DNA of 64,000 bases from NCBI GenBank assembly GCA_951406725.2, contig OX597814.1, forward strand, positions 167,896,001 through 167,960,000, given 5' to 3'. Source of the stretch: Octopus vulgaris (taxonomy: Eukaryota). The notes below the pieces were generated by a model. The model was given only the letters and a program-made list of their open reading frames with translations, did not search any database and was not told where the DNA came from. Each line of letters opens with the position of its first letter. Within the stretch, counting starts at the first letter, position 1. The position numbers and the translations under genes are program-made. Shown here one piece after another: positions 13,764 through 26,992 of the stretch.

Positions 13764-13885
13764 GTTTTTATAAGATAGTCCAAGAAGTTCATAGGGTTAA
13801 TATATGGATATATAAATATACATGGTTCGTCAGAGAGTTTTTTTTATATAAGATAGTCCAAGAAGTTCATAGAGCTAATTTATGC

Positions 13886-13927
<42 letters not shown>

Positions 13928-13942
13928 CATATATTTACATAT

Positions 13943-14553
13943 AGATACCACCACGCTGAAAATAGCAGTCAAAACCTAACTCTAAAGCCACATTAAATGT
14001 TCATATAGCACTAGGAGAGAAGACAAAGCGACAAAATAAACTAGCAAAAAAATTACTGGATAATTTCAGATTCTGGATTTCTGGCTTTGCATAAGAGATG
14101 CTCTGCCTTCTTCAGTGGAATATACTCAGATGGCACATAAATACAAATATATGTATATACAACATACGATATACTTACATATATGAACGTCTGTATACAC
14201 ATATATATGCACGTGTGTACACAACCAGTTTAAATTGCCCGCCCTAAAGCTCCTCGTGCGATATGGTCAGAATAAACACCGCAGTGAATATAATGATGAA
14301 ATAAATATATAAATTTATATAAATAAGGATAAGATCGATATTTAAATATTGATCTAAATAAGTGGCCAGCATGGGAATAAAAACCTTTCAAAGGTAATAA
14401 TTATTTAAAATTATAATTTAGGGTATCTGAGAGATACCACCACGCTGAAAATAGCAGTCAAAACCTGACTCTAAAGCCACATTAAATGTTCATATAGCAC
14501 TAGGCGAGAAGACAAAGAGACAAAATAAACTAGCCAAAAAATTACTGGATAAT
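13943..14553 (-). mobile_element. Retrozyme-like element: 489-bp unit plus 122-bp terminal redundancy
   Basis: 13943-14064 is repeated at 14432-14553 with 4 mismatches. A hammerhead-like motif sits at the repeat boundary. No ORF. Confidence 0.6.
14063..14121 (-). ncRNA. Hammerhead ribozyme-like motif (variant)
   Basis: Minus strand: ATTCCA CTGAAGA A GGC AGA GCAT CTCTT ATGC AAA GCC A GAAA TCCAGA ATC TGAAAT. Stem I is 5/6 paired, AUC triplet; stem II closure and stem III are non-canonical. Confidence 0.55.
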
Positions 14554-14979
14554 ATATAGGTGCAGGTGTGGATGTGTGCTAAGAAGCTTGCTTCCCAACC
14601 ACCCCGTTCTGGGTTCAGTCCTACTGAATGGCACCTTGGGCAAGTGTCTTCTACTATAGCCTGGGGCTGACCAAAGCCATATCAGTGGATTTGGTTGACG
14701 GAAACTGAAAGAAGTCTGTCCTATTTATATATATATACATATATTCATGTGTGTGTATTTGTGTCTGTGTTTGTTCCCCCACCACCACCATCGCTGAGAA
14801 ACCGATTTTGGTATTTTTACATCCCTGTAACTTGGCAGTTTAGCAGAAGATATTAATAGAATAAGAACCAAGCTTACAAAGAATAAGTCCAGAGGTCAAT
14901 TTCTTCAACTATAAGGCAGTTCTCCAGCATGGCCACACTCAAATGACTGAAACAAGTAACAGAGTATATAAACAGTGTG

Positions 14980-15033
<54 letters not shown>

Positions 15034-15036
<3 letters not shown>

Positions 15037-16606
15037 GGGTTGGACAAAATAATGGAAACACCTTAAAATTTCTAACAAATTTATTTTAATATGGGGTAGG
15101 ACTGTCTTTGGCATTGAATTCTATGAGCTATGGACTCATACAAAGTTTGAATTGTTTCCAAAGAAATTTTTGTCCATTCTTCAGCGTAAACAGTCTCCAG
15201 TTCTTTTACTGATGATGGTGGGGGATAACAACTCCTTACTTGTTTTTCTAAAATGCTGCATAAATGTTCAGTAATATTGAGATCTGGAGATTGTGGTGGC
15301 CAGATAAGATGTTCAACTCACTTGAATGTTCCTTGTGCCATTCAGTAACAACTTTAGCTGTGTGAATTGATGCATTATCTTCCTGAAAGATTGCATTTCC
15401 CTCTGGAAATAATGCTGCAACCATAGAATGAATTTGATCAGATAAAATGCTTAAATAGCTATTAATTCTGCCTTGAAGAGGAAGAATTGGACCAGCGGAT
15501 TTCCAAGATATAGCCCCCCCAGATCATCAGAGATCCTCCTCCATGTTTAACAGTTGGAAGAAGGCAGTCCAGGTCAAATGCTTCTTTTGGCTGTCTCCAC
15601 ACATATACTCTGCCAGTGGTTGGAAATAAGGTAAAAGATGATTTGTCTGAGAAAATAACATTCTTCCACTGCTTTAGGGACCAATTCTGTATGTTTTTAC
15701 TCCACATAAATTTTTAGTTAAATATATTCAATGAGAATATTATATACTGAATTTATATTGAGTGCTCTATTGTATTAAAGTATTAATACTATTAAAGTAT
15801 TTATGTATTTAATACAGGCAATTATATATATTTTATATGATATATTATTATTAATATCAGGAAATCAATATTAAAAAATTCTTCAGAAAGATATATATGT
15901 GTGTAAAATAATTGTTTTATTAAATATATATATATATATAAATATATGTAAATATGTATAAGTATAAATTTATAATAATGACATTTTAAAAGTTTCGAAT
16001 TAAGTTTTTAAAGCATTTTACGATCGTTTTGCTTTTTACTCCACTCTAAACGCATTGCAGCGTTTGTTTTTGAAAGTAGTGGTTTTCCGATTACAGCCCA
16101 CCTGTGAAATCCAGCTTTGTGCAGCTCCCGGTGAACAGTTTTTGTGGAAACTGGGTTCTTGAGGTGGTCATTAAGCTCTGCAGTAATAATTCCAGGAGCT
16201 GTATTTTTGTGATCCTTTCTAACAATTTACATAAGAGTCTGACGGTCCCTATCTGAAAGTTTTGGTTTTATTCAAGAGTTTTGTTTCGATGAGGAGGTTT
16301 TTTTCCCTTTCTCAAAGGCTGTCATTACTTTTGAGACAGTACTTCTTGATACACCAGACATTTCAGCTGTTTTCATTACACTAGCGCCTGCCATACGAGC
16401 ACCAATAATTTGGCCTCTTTGAAAGTTCAATAGATCTGTCATTTTAATGAGTTTTAATTACCTTTTTCTGATGATATCTGAAAAGAAACAGCAATTTTAG
16501 CAAAACGTATTAAACAACACTAATAATAAATCAAAAAACATAAAAGTTTAACAAGCCTATGACAGTTTTATAGATATTTCAAAATTATGATGCTATGATG
16601 CTAGGT
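15034..16606 (-). mobile_element. Tc1-family transposon with disrupted transposase
   Basis: TIR CAGGGGTTGGACAAAATAATGGAAACACC after (TA)n. Transposase starts at 16442 (MTDLLNFQRGQIIGARMAGASV) and includes WKNVIFSDKSSF..PTVKHGGGSLMIWG and WPPQSPDLNI. Frameshifted and interrupted; the other TIR is truncated. Confidence 0.9.
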
Positions 16607-18070
16607 GTGTGTGGTTGCATGTAGAAATATGATACTTGGAAGGCTATTGAAGATTAAGTTGATGGCCATTGTACAGGTGTTCTTTAAATGTTATTCTTTA
16701 ATTATCATTTATGTCAGGAACCTCACTAATCTGGGATTCGTTAATCCAGCAACTTCAATGACTCAGGATAATAATTTAAAGTAGTCATTAGTTTGCAGGA
16801 CAGCTGCTGTATCACAGTATAATTCTTACGATCATGAGCTGAGTACCCTAACCACTTTGCCATGTGTCTTCACATAAATATGTGTGTGTGTGTGTGTGTG
16901 TGTGAATACAAACACACACACACGCTGGGCTGATTTCAGTTGCCATTGACCAGATCCACTCATAAGACTTTATCCCCACCAGGCTATACTAGAAGACACT
17001 TGCCCAAGGTACTATACAATGAGACAGAACCTGGAACATGTATGGTCCCAAGATTGTCAGTTCGACATTTATTATCCAAGTAATTTCATTATGAATATTA
17101 CTTTAGTGAACTTAGAAAAACTTTATTTAAAGAGCATTTTTTTCCCTTAATAAATGAAGGTATTTTTATGATATTGATACAGGTACTCAATAAAAATATG
17201 AACATCATATTGTCTACATGAAGTATTTATATTCCAATCTTCTCTAATGTTGTTTAGCCCAGGTCTGCCCTGATCAGATGACCCTATGATGAAATGCATG
17301 CTACCTGTGATTATTCTGTTTTTATAAAAACTGTTTTCTCCAGTAAAATATTATTCTATATATTTTTGTTTAAAGAAAAAAAACCATTAGAGTGTGATTT
17401 AAGAGAGCTTTGGCTGCTGTTTCTGGCAAATTTTCAATCCCATAAAGGTTCCTTCGGCTGTTTATTCTCAGTGTTGCTTGTAAAATTTGTTTTTGTAGCA
17501 TAATGAAGCTTCTCTTGAAAAGCTGTCATTGTTTTGGAAATTATGATTATTGATATTGTAAAGATAATTAATTCCAAAGTGTAATCTGAAACAGCTTTCT
17601 TAAAATTGAAGAATAATTCTATTTGAACTAAAAGTGACTGGAACCATGTATACACACAGACATATTCTTACTTCAATACTAGGATAGTTCCTCCTCAATG
17701 CCAGCTGTGGAAATCCAGATGTGATTGTTTACACTTCAAACTAAATTGGGTTATTCACATGGAAACATGAACTTAGTTTAGCTTCATACCAGAGCTTTGC
17801 TCTTCATTTATTTATCTATTTATTTTACCTCTGTCTGAATTGGGTAGTTAGAATCAATGCTGAGGTTGACACCATTATGCCACTTATGTTGTTGTTGCTG
17901 TTGTTGTTGTTGTAGTTGCTATTGTCATTAGCAGTGTTATTTTTCACTTTGAAAATCAGTTTTAGATAACTATGCCAGAAAGAATATTACTGCTATTATT
18001 ATTTAAAATAATAATAATAATAATTCATTCGTTTATTGGCCACAAGGGCTAACAAAAATTAATAATAATG

Positions 18071-18105
<35 letters not shown>

Positions 18106-19482
18106 TTGTTCGTTTATTGGCCCATAATATTAATTTCTAATATAGGCACAAGGCCTGGATTTTTTGAACAGAGAGGGACAATCGTTCACATCGACCCCAG
18201 TATTTGACTGGTACTTAATTTGTCAACCCTGACCTTGGCAGAATTTGAACTTAGAATGTAGCGACTGGCAAAATGCTGCGAAGCATTTCGTGCAGCATGC
18301 TAACAATTCTGCCAGCTTGCTGCCTTATTTAAAATAATAACAACAATAATAATAATAATAATAATCATCTTCATCCGTGTTCTTTTTAAAAAATATAATA
18401 AATAAATAAGTAAATAAAAGCCACCTCAAACTTTAATATTAGAAGAGGAGAGGAAACTGGTGCTTATAACACACTGGTGAACTACTGTCAAATGTTTAGT
18501 GATATGTGAATGTAATCAGAGAAATTAAGTGAGAGAGCAGGGAAGTGGGCAAGGAAGTAAAAAAAAAAAAAATGGCAAGCAGTCTATCTTGAATGTAATG
18601 CTCTAGCATGGCCTTTGTCATGATGGCTAAAATGAACTTAAGAACCTATCATTATGATATCTGAAAATGGTAAAGAAATGTTTGTGTAAATGTATATAGG
18701 TGTTTGTAAATGTGTGTACAGAGATGCACTGCTTGTAATATCAATATGCTTGAAAAGTTGGCTGCCAATCCAAAGCCAGTTTTTGTTTTATTCTCCCTGC
18801 CTTTCTTTTTCTTTTTCTTTCTTTTTTCCCCCTTTAATCACTAACTGTTCCTCTTTCCCCACACCTTATGTTCCTTCTATTATTGGGAAGAGAAAGGTAG
18901 TAACAAGGAACATACAGAAGTAACTTTTATGTGGCCCCTCTGATAACAACTCTTCCTTGTTTACATTTTCAACTTACTTACATTAAATACTAAGGTAGCT
19001 ATAATTGTATGCATACTACGCTGTGTGTCCCCTTTTCTCCCTTATTTAGTGTTTATCACATAAAAGTATTTTATTTTCTGTTGTTCTTCCTTCATATTAT
19101 TTTACAGCCCCAAATAAATGATCTATAATAGAACATGATTTTAAGAATTATATCTACTTATATAAGACAGTATACAAGTAGATATAAGAAAATTCACTCT
19201 TTTTGTTTGCATTCTTTTTATATACCAAATATTTTGCTTTTATTGTGATATTTTTTTTTACTGGTTTCACTAATTTAAAATGTGGTCATACTGGGGCACC
19301 TCTTACAAGAGGTTTTAGTCAGTCATATTAACCTCAGTCTTAATTCAGTTCAGTACTATTTTATCAATCTTTTTACCAAATACTTTAGTTACCTTTTGAT
19401 GGAAAGAGATGCAACATTATATACATGAACACATGCTCATGCATACACAGACACACACACACTGTGGGCTTCTACAGTTTCT

Positions 19483-19712
19483 TATTTCTTTATTGCCCAC
19501 AAGGGGCTAAACACAGAGGGGACAAACAAGGACAGACAGAGGGATTAAGTCGATTACATTGACCCCAGTGCATAACTGGTACTTATTTAATTGACCCCAA
19601 AAGGATGAAAGGCAAAGTCGACTTCGGTGGTATTTGAACTCAGAACGTAATGGCAGACGACATACTGTTAAGCATTTCGCCCAGCGTGCTAACGTTTCTG
19701 CCAGCTTGCCAC
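19483..19712 (-). mobile_element. tRNA-derived SINE (family 2, gtcgactttgcctttcatcc core)
   Basis: Recurs at about 18130-18325, 37121-37348, 43415-43780, 56330-56450 and 58505-58890. Head has a gagttcaaat B-box. Confidence 0.8.
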
Positions 19713-20453
19713 CTTTTTTTTTGTTTTTCTTTTTTTTTTGGAGCAACGTGAAATGAAGTGTTTTGCTCAAGAACACAACGCATTGCCCAGTCCAGGAATC
19801 GAAACCACAATCTTATGATCATGGTGTTGATAGAATAAGTTTAAGTACCAGTCAAGTACTGGAAGTTGATATACTTGTGCCAATGTTAAAAATCAATAAT
19901 ACTGCCTAGTAAATATTAATGATATGGTTTCCTCTTTATTTGGAATTGAAATTCTATCTTAAACAGCTTGGAGGTGGAGATGGTTCAGTTATATTGATTA
20001 CACTCATCATGTAAACAAAGTACTAAAGCTCCCATTTTACTAAAACAGGAATTGATTTCACCTAATTAAAACTCTGTTGTTCTTATAGATAATGCATTGG
20101 TGGATATCACACTATTGTATCTTCTTACAGATCAAATTAAATGTCTAAATCTGTGATTCTTAACCAAGGTTCATATAATCCTTGAGGATCCATATAATAT
20201 GTTGTTAAAATTTGTCTGCAATAAATTGGTTATATTTCTACAATCTTAATTTTTTTACACAAGTTCTAATAATATTTAATTATAAAATACTAGCTTACAA
20301 GCCATACTCTGTGTGGACTTTTAAGCTAGCTGCTACAGAGGGCTAATTGGGCCTGCAGCGCAAAACCAAATAGAGCTGAATCAATAATACTGCCTAGTAA
20401 ATAGTAATGATATGGTTTCCTCTTTATTTGAAATTGAAATTCTATCTTAAACA

Positions 20454-20784
20454 GCTACATCGGATATCCCAAACATACATATTGGAGACCACTGACTACA
20501 GGAGTTGGAGAAGTTTACCTATCTTGGCTCTACTATCACCTACAACCTATCTCTTGGTGTTGAGCTCAATATACGCTTTGGCAAGGCAGCTGCTGTGATG
20601 GCCCAACTCTCCAAATGGGCATAGGACAACAATAAGCTGACCAAGACCACAAAAATTTAAGATTTACCAGGCATGTGTACTTAGCACTCTACTGTACAGC
20701 AGTGAAACCTGGACGCCATACACATGCCAAGAGCGTCGCCTAAATATCTTTCACTTGCGCTGCCTCCAGGAAATCCTTGCCATC
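20454..20784 (+). repeat. Second copy of an internal RTE segment (matches 22028-22357)
   Basis: Direct alignment by eye, with scattered substitutions. Confidence 0.85.
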
Positions 20785-21059
20785 GCATGACTATAATACA
20801 TGTATAATGACTATATACCCTGGTGGTGTTTGATCAGAGGTTATGGACAGATGAGAATTAATTCTGTAATGCAATCCTTCTGTTGTTCCAGTCCCTAGTT
20901 GAATTCCAACTATTGACCAATTTGTCCCAAAGTTATTTTGATGTAAAATTATCTCCCCCTTGATCTCTGACATCATCTGACAAATGCCAACCAAGCTGGT
21001 GTGAATCAGCCAAGCTTTACCTATTAGAAATAACAAATGCTTTTAAGTCAGATCCCAAT

Positions 21060-22900
21060 GCTGGATATTCAAGAATCAAATGAAGAGCAGATTTTCAATC
21101 CAACACTGCAAAAATGTTTTGCTGTTTCTATCAAGGTTGCCCTCAGTAGCTGCCCATCCTCCTCTGCTGAAAGTAGGTAGAATTATATCAGGGAAGCTTT
21201 GTATACCACATCAATAGATATTTTCAGCATGAGTGAAAGGCAAAACCCAGCTTGGTTCAGTGCTGGGCTCTCAGAGCTGGAACCAGTTATCAAAGCAAAG
21301 CATGGAATATCTCTTTACCATAGAATATTTCTTTACCATAGAATATCTCTTCTCAGTACTGTTGGAAAGACCTTTGCTCACGTTATCCTGTCCAGACTAC
21401 AACTGCTTGCTTCTCGAATTTATCCAGAATCACAGTGTAGCTTTAGAAGAAGCAGATCAACTATTGACACGATATTCCCCATATGCCAACTTCAGGAGAA
21501 GTCCAGAGAGCAGAAAATGCCATTATATATGGCCTTCATTGATGTGACAAAGGCCTTTGACTTGGTAAGTAGAAAAGGCTTCTTCATCCTGCTCCAAAAA
21601 ATCGGATGTCCACCAAAGCTGCTGAGGATCATCAAATCTTTCCATGATTATATTCAAGGCAACATACAGCACAATGGTTCAACATCAGCCACCTTCCAAA
21701 TAAAAAAATGGAGTAAAGCAAGGCTGTGTCCTTACTCCTACATTATTTGGCATCTTCTTCTCGCTGCTGCTGTCACATACCTTTGAGACATCAGATGATG
21801 GAGTGTTTCTGCACAGAAGAAGTAACAGGAAACTGTTTAATCTCTTGCGTCTGTGTGCCAAGACCAAAATCAGAAGCATCCTGATCAAGGAGATACTCTT
21901 TGCTGATGATGCTGCTCTGGTATCACACACAGAAGATGCCCTGCAAAGGCTCATCAACTGCTTTGAGCAAGCCTGTAGCGACTTTGGCATAGTTATCAGC
22001 CTCAAGAAGACCAACATCATAGGTCAGGCTACATCGGATATCCCAAACATACATATTGGAGACCACTGACTACAGGAGGTGGAGAAGTTTACCTATCTTG
22101 GCTCTACCATCACCTGCAACCTATCTCTTGATGCCGAGCTCAATATACGCATTGGCAAGGCAGCTGCTGTGATGGCCCAAGTCTCCAAATGAGCATGGGA
22201 CAACAATAAGCTGACCAAGACCACAAAAATGAAGATTTACCAGGCATGTGTACTTAGCACTCTACTGTATGGCAGTGAAACCTGGACGCCATACACATGC
22301 CAAGAGCGTCACCTAAATATCTTTCACCTGTGTCACCTCCAGAAAATCCTTGGCATCAAATGGCAGAATCATGTCCCCAACAAAAATGTCCTCAAGCAAG
22401 CAGGAATACCAAGCACGTTTGCACTCCTCACACAAAGACATATGAGATGGCTTGGACATGTTAGTCATATGGAAGATGGCAGAATCCCCAAGGACATACT
22501 CTATGGAGAGCTTGCTAGGAGCACTAGGTCTGTGAGAAGACCATTCTTATGATACAAGGATGTTTGTAAAAGGGACATGAAGGCCTGTGATATCAATATT
22601 AGCAACTGGGAAGCAGTTGCCAGCAACTGTGGAGATTGGCAACACACCATAGAAGAGGGAATACAAAGGAGTGACAGAGGGAAAAAAGAGAAATGGAAAG
22701 ATGAGAAAAGATGTCAACAAGAAACTATGACATTACAACCCGCCAAGCAAAGTCTTCGCTACATTTGCAGCACCTGCCAGAGGGAGTGTTTGTCCAGGAT
22801 AGGACTACACAGCCACAGCAGGAGATGTATTAGGACATGAACTGTAAAAACCAGACTAGATTATTTTATGCGCAACTCCATTGTCTCCTGAGACAAAAAG
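21060..22900 (+). mobile_element. RTE-clade LINE, 5'-truncated and internally deleted, with decayed reverse transcriptase
   Basis: RT motifs ISLLSTVGK, PESQCSFR, FIDVTKAFDLV, GVKQGCVL, LFADDAAL, FTYLGS, LLYGSETW, RWLGHV, and a C-terminal CxxC..SRIGLHSH zinc finger. Stops and frameshifts. Confidence 0.92.
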
Positions 22901-25341
22901 GGTGCCAACAATGTGTTGCATACTATGGCTGGTCATACCCCAAAAAATCACTTTATGATGTAACAAAAGGTATATGTCAGCATGACCAGCAAGCTCTCTG
23001 AACACCTGTTGCAAGTAGCATACATTGTTGTCACATCTGTGCAAAAGTAAATCCCTAGCAGGACTGAAGTGCCTCATCCATGTTGCACAGGTCTTCAAAA
23101 AACAATAAAACATTGCTCAAGATTGAAGTGCAGCCATTGGGCACAACTTTTTTAGATGCAGGTGTGACTGTGTGGTAAGACGCTTCCCAACTGCATGGTT
23201 CCAGGTTCAATACTGCTGTATGGCAACATGGCAACTTATGTCTTCTATAATAGAACCCTGGGTTGACCAAACCTTGAGTGGATTTGGTAGACAGAAACTG
23301 AAAGAAGCCCATTGTATGTGTGTGTGCGTTTGTCCCTCATCATTGTTCAACAACCAATGTTGATTTGTTTATGTCCCTATAACTTAGGAGTTTGGCAAAA
23401 AGAGCTTGATAGAATAAGTACCAGGCTTTAAAAAATCAGTACTAGGATCAACTTGTGCAACCAGGATTCAACATAGGATCTATTGTTTAGGAAAATACTA
23501 TTTACTTGTTTAAGGGTTGTACTGGATAAATTGTGAAAATAACTCTAATAGTTCAAATACTAAGAAATAAGCATACTCAATTTCATTTTTACCAAATAAT
23601 TTAGGAAAATGAATGGGCTATTTCCCTTGGCTATATATAAGGACACCTTCCAGGAGCGAATGGGTTATTTCCCTTGGTTTTTAAAATAAAATATATTACA
23701 TATATATAAGGATCCCTTCTAGGGGCCCTATTATCAATTTGTTTTCAACAATCTGAGTATGCCATGAGGTTTCCAGACAGGAGTTCTATTCACATATCAA
23801 GTTTCTTCAAAATCCATAAAACGATATAGGAGGAGTTAGCTGACTGCTCCACAAACACACCCACAGACAGAATTTCCAACATATGTTGTAGATTTGTGTG
23901 TGTATGTCTGTATTTATCCCCCTGCCATCACTTGACAACTAATGCTAGTGCGTTTACATCCCTGTAACTTAGCAATTCAGCAAAAGAGACTGATAGAATA
24001 AGTACTAGGTTTACAAAGAAAAAGTCCTGGGGTCGATTTCGTTGACTAAAACCCTTTAAGGTGGTGTTCCAGCATGGCTGCAGTCAAATGACTGAAACAT
24101 GATTGCTGGCTTGTTGTGCCCTTGAACAAGACACTTTATTTCACATTGCTCCAGTCCACTCAACTGGCAAAAATGAGTAAAACCCGTAATTCAAAGAGCC
24201 AGCCTTGTCACATCCTACATCACTTTGAATTTATCTAAGAACTACTTTAAGGGTATGTGTGTGTTATAGAGTGCTCAGCTACTTGCACATTAATTTCCTG
24301 AGTAGGCTGTTCTGTTAATTGGATCAACTGGAATCCTCATCATCATAACTAACAGGAATACATTTTTTTTTTTTTATGTGTTAAATCAAACAAGACCAAG
24401 GCTCTTCTCAACTGTATTATCTACACTCCTTTACAAACCACTACTACAAGTAAAGTGGATGCATATAGTTGTGGCATCAGCACTAGGGCATTGCCTTGTA
24501 CCCTGCAAAACAAAAAAGGGATCTTCATTGTTCTATATTGATTCCATTCATGGAAAGTGATGTATGTCCCTTTCCTTCTACCAAGATTGATAAAATACCA
24601 GATAAAATAACCTTGTCCAAAGTTACAAACCAATCAGTAGAATGTTTGACAAAGTACATTGTGATATTTGGTTCTATCTCCTTACATTGTAACTTCAGGT
24701 ATTACAAAGGTTGACTTTACCTTTTTGTGGTCAATGAAATAAGTACCAGTCAATTACGTAGATTGATTGAATCAAGCATACCATCTTCCTAAATTAGTGT
24801 TCTTGTGCCTATGCAAGAAAAAAAAATCACATATAGAACACATTATAGTTTCATACATTTATATTTACTTCTAAATTAATAGGCTAAGATTTATCTCTTT
24901 ACTCAGTTTAATTTCTAACCTACATTTCTTCTCCCTTCAAGGAAGGCTCCACTCTGCTTAACCTTGATTTACTCTTTTGCATGTTGTGTGTATGTGTATG
25001 TGTGTGTGTGTTTGTTTATTTTGCTTATATTTGATAAATGGCATGTGTTTACTATCAGGTAATAAGAGTAGCAGAGTAGAAAATACTGTTTTTCTTCTTA
25101 CCTAGTGAATTTGATATATTGTTTAAAATAGATCAGCAATATCAGGGTGCTTTCTATTTTTAGGGTCTGAACAGGATGTTTAAATAGCATCTCTTATGAT
25201 TATCTAGTTGATCTTTTTTTTTTTAATTGAACTTGTCATTTTGTTTTAAATTTTTGTTTCCATTTAAAATTATTTGCAAACTACTATGATTTTGCATTAA
25301 ATTCATCAAACATTTAAAGATGGTAATGTCACTCATTTAAT

Positions 25342-25395
25342 TGATGATGATGATGATGATGATGGAGGTGGGGGTGATTGAGGATGATGATCATG

Positions 25396-25443
<48 letters not shown>

Positions 25444-25471
25444 GCTGTTGCTGCTGCTGCTGCTGCTGCTG
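25342..25471. repeat. Compound (GAT)n/(GTT)n/(GCT)n microsatellite
   Basis: Read directly; produces the poly-T/A/H ORF at 25329-25622. Confidence 0.95.
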
Positions 25472-26806
25472 CAAAGCAACAAGTCGGGTAAGGGTGATGA
25501 GGTGATGGTCTAGGGCTTAGGGGCAGGAGACCCCAGACCTTGAAAAAAAAAATACTTTGGTCATCTTGTTGTAGCCGAGGACTCTTCATTGACGCCCGAA
25601 ACCACTGGGAGGTGGCCCTCAAAGTCGCTGGAAATGGAGATCTCCAGGTCCAAATTCTTAATTGACGGCTGCTGTTGTTGTTGTTCAGCCCCAGGCCAGC
25701 CTTGTTTAAGCCACTTGTGTTCTATCTATGATTGTACAACACCATAAATATCAATCTTTATCCAGTATGACAGAGCAATAGTTACAGGACAAAAGGCACA
25801 ACAACCTACAACTGCAACATGGGCAACACCCTGAAACTATTGATTTAGATAACATAACGACTTAGATGGAAGCACTTCCTCTTGAACAGCTCCAAAGCTG
25901 AAAATAATTTACCTTTTCAATCTTCTCTGATACAATTTTCAGATTTGATGAGAAAGAAGTAACTGCATACAATAAATATATATTTTTTTTTCTATTCTTC
26001 TTCCCATTTTCCTCTTTTAACTCTTCCTCTTTCTCTACCTCCACTTCTGCTTCATCCAGTAATGACCAAAGGATCCTTTTAGTTGTTCAGTGAAGAGCCA
26101 TTTGTTGTTCGTTAAAGTATGTCTGATGTTATTGTTTAGTTCTAGGTTGTTCCTGATGAAATAGGCCTATGATCAAAAACACGTAAGGCCATGATACATA
26201 CACACATATGCATGCACACACACACACACACACACACATTTTTTCATTCATTCAGACATAGTGTATCTAGAATTACGCTATTCAATGTGTACTTAATGAT
26301 GATAGGTTAGAATTTGAGGGAGATGTGGTTGCTATTTCTAGAAAGTTGAATAACCACATGGCTGCATTAGTTTTGATTGGGCTGATGGGTTGTTATTATT
26401 TTTTATCCACACGCATTTGAGAGAGGTCGTTGCCAGTACCGCCTGACTGACACGTAAAAAGCACCCACTACACTCTCGGAGTGGTTGGCATTAGGAAGGG
26501 CATCCAGCTGTAGAAAATCTGCCAAATCAAGATTGGAGACTGGTGCAACCATCTGGTTCGCCAGCCCTCAGTCAAAATCGTCCAACCCATGCTAGCATGG
26601 AAAGCGGATATTAAATGATGATGATGATGACACACACACATACAACTCAGCTTTAATCTAACCAATATGATTATATTCCAGCCATGACTATCCAATATTT
26701 TTTCTTCCCTAAACATAATGTATCTCAGACTCCCTTACCTTATGTGTCCTTTCTTTTCTTCAACACAGTTGAGTGCAAAAGATTTGGATCAGAGGGTGAT
26801 TTAGAT

Positions 26807-26992
26807 CAGTGCCCCACAACTTGTATGCCATGGCACACTGGTGTACTACAAGATGATCCTAGGTGTGTTGCAGTGTAACCTGAATATCATATTTTTTCCT
26901 GATACTTTTAGTTATATTTTTAGGTCAGGTGTGCTGTTGAATTTTGAAAAATATAAGTGCACCATAAGTGAAAAACAGGTTGCAGAGCACTG
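26807..26992. mobile_element. hAT-type MITE
   Basis: TIRs CAGTGCCCCACAAC / GTTGCAGAGCACTG and a perfect 8-bp TSD ATTTAGAT (26799-26806, 26993-27000). Confidence 0.85.

Noticed and set aside
25329-25622. Poly-Ala/Thr/His ORF (also 44329-44634, 54224-54579, 59083-59460)
   Set aside because: Translations of trinucleotide and dinucleotide microsatellites.
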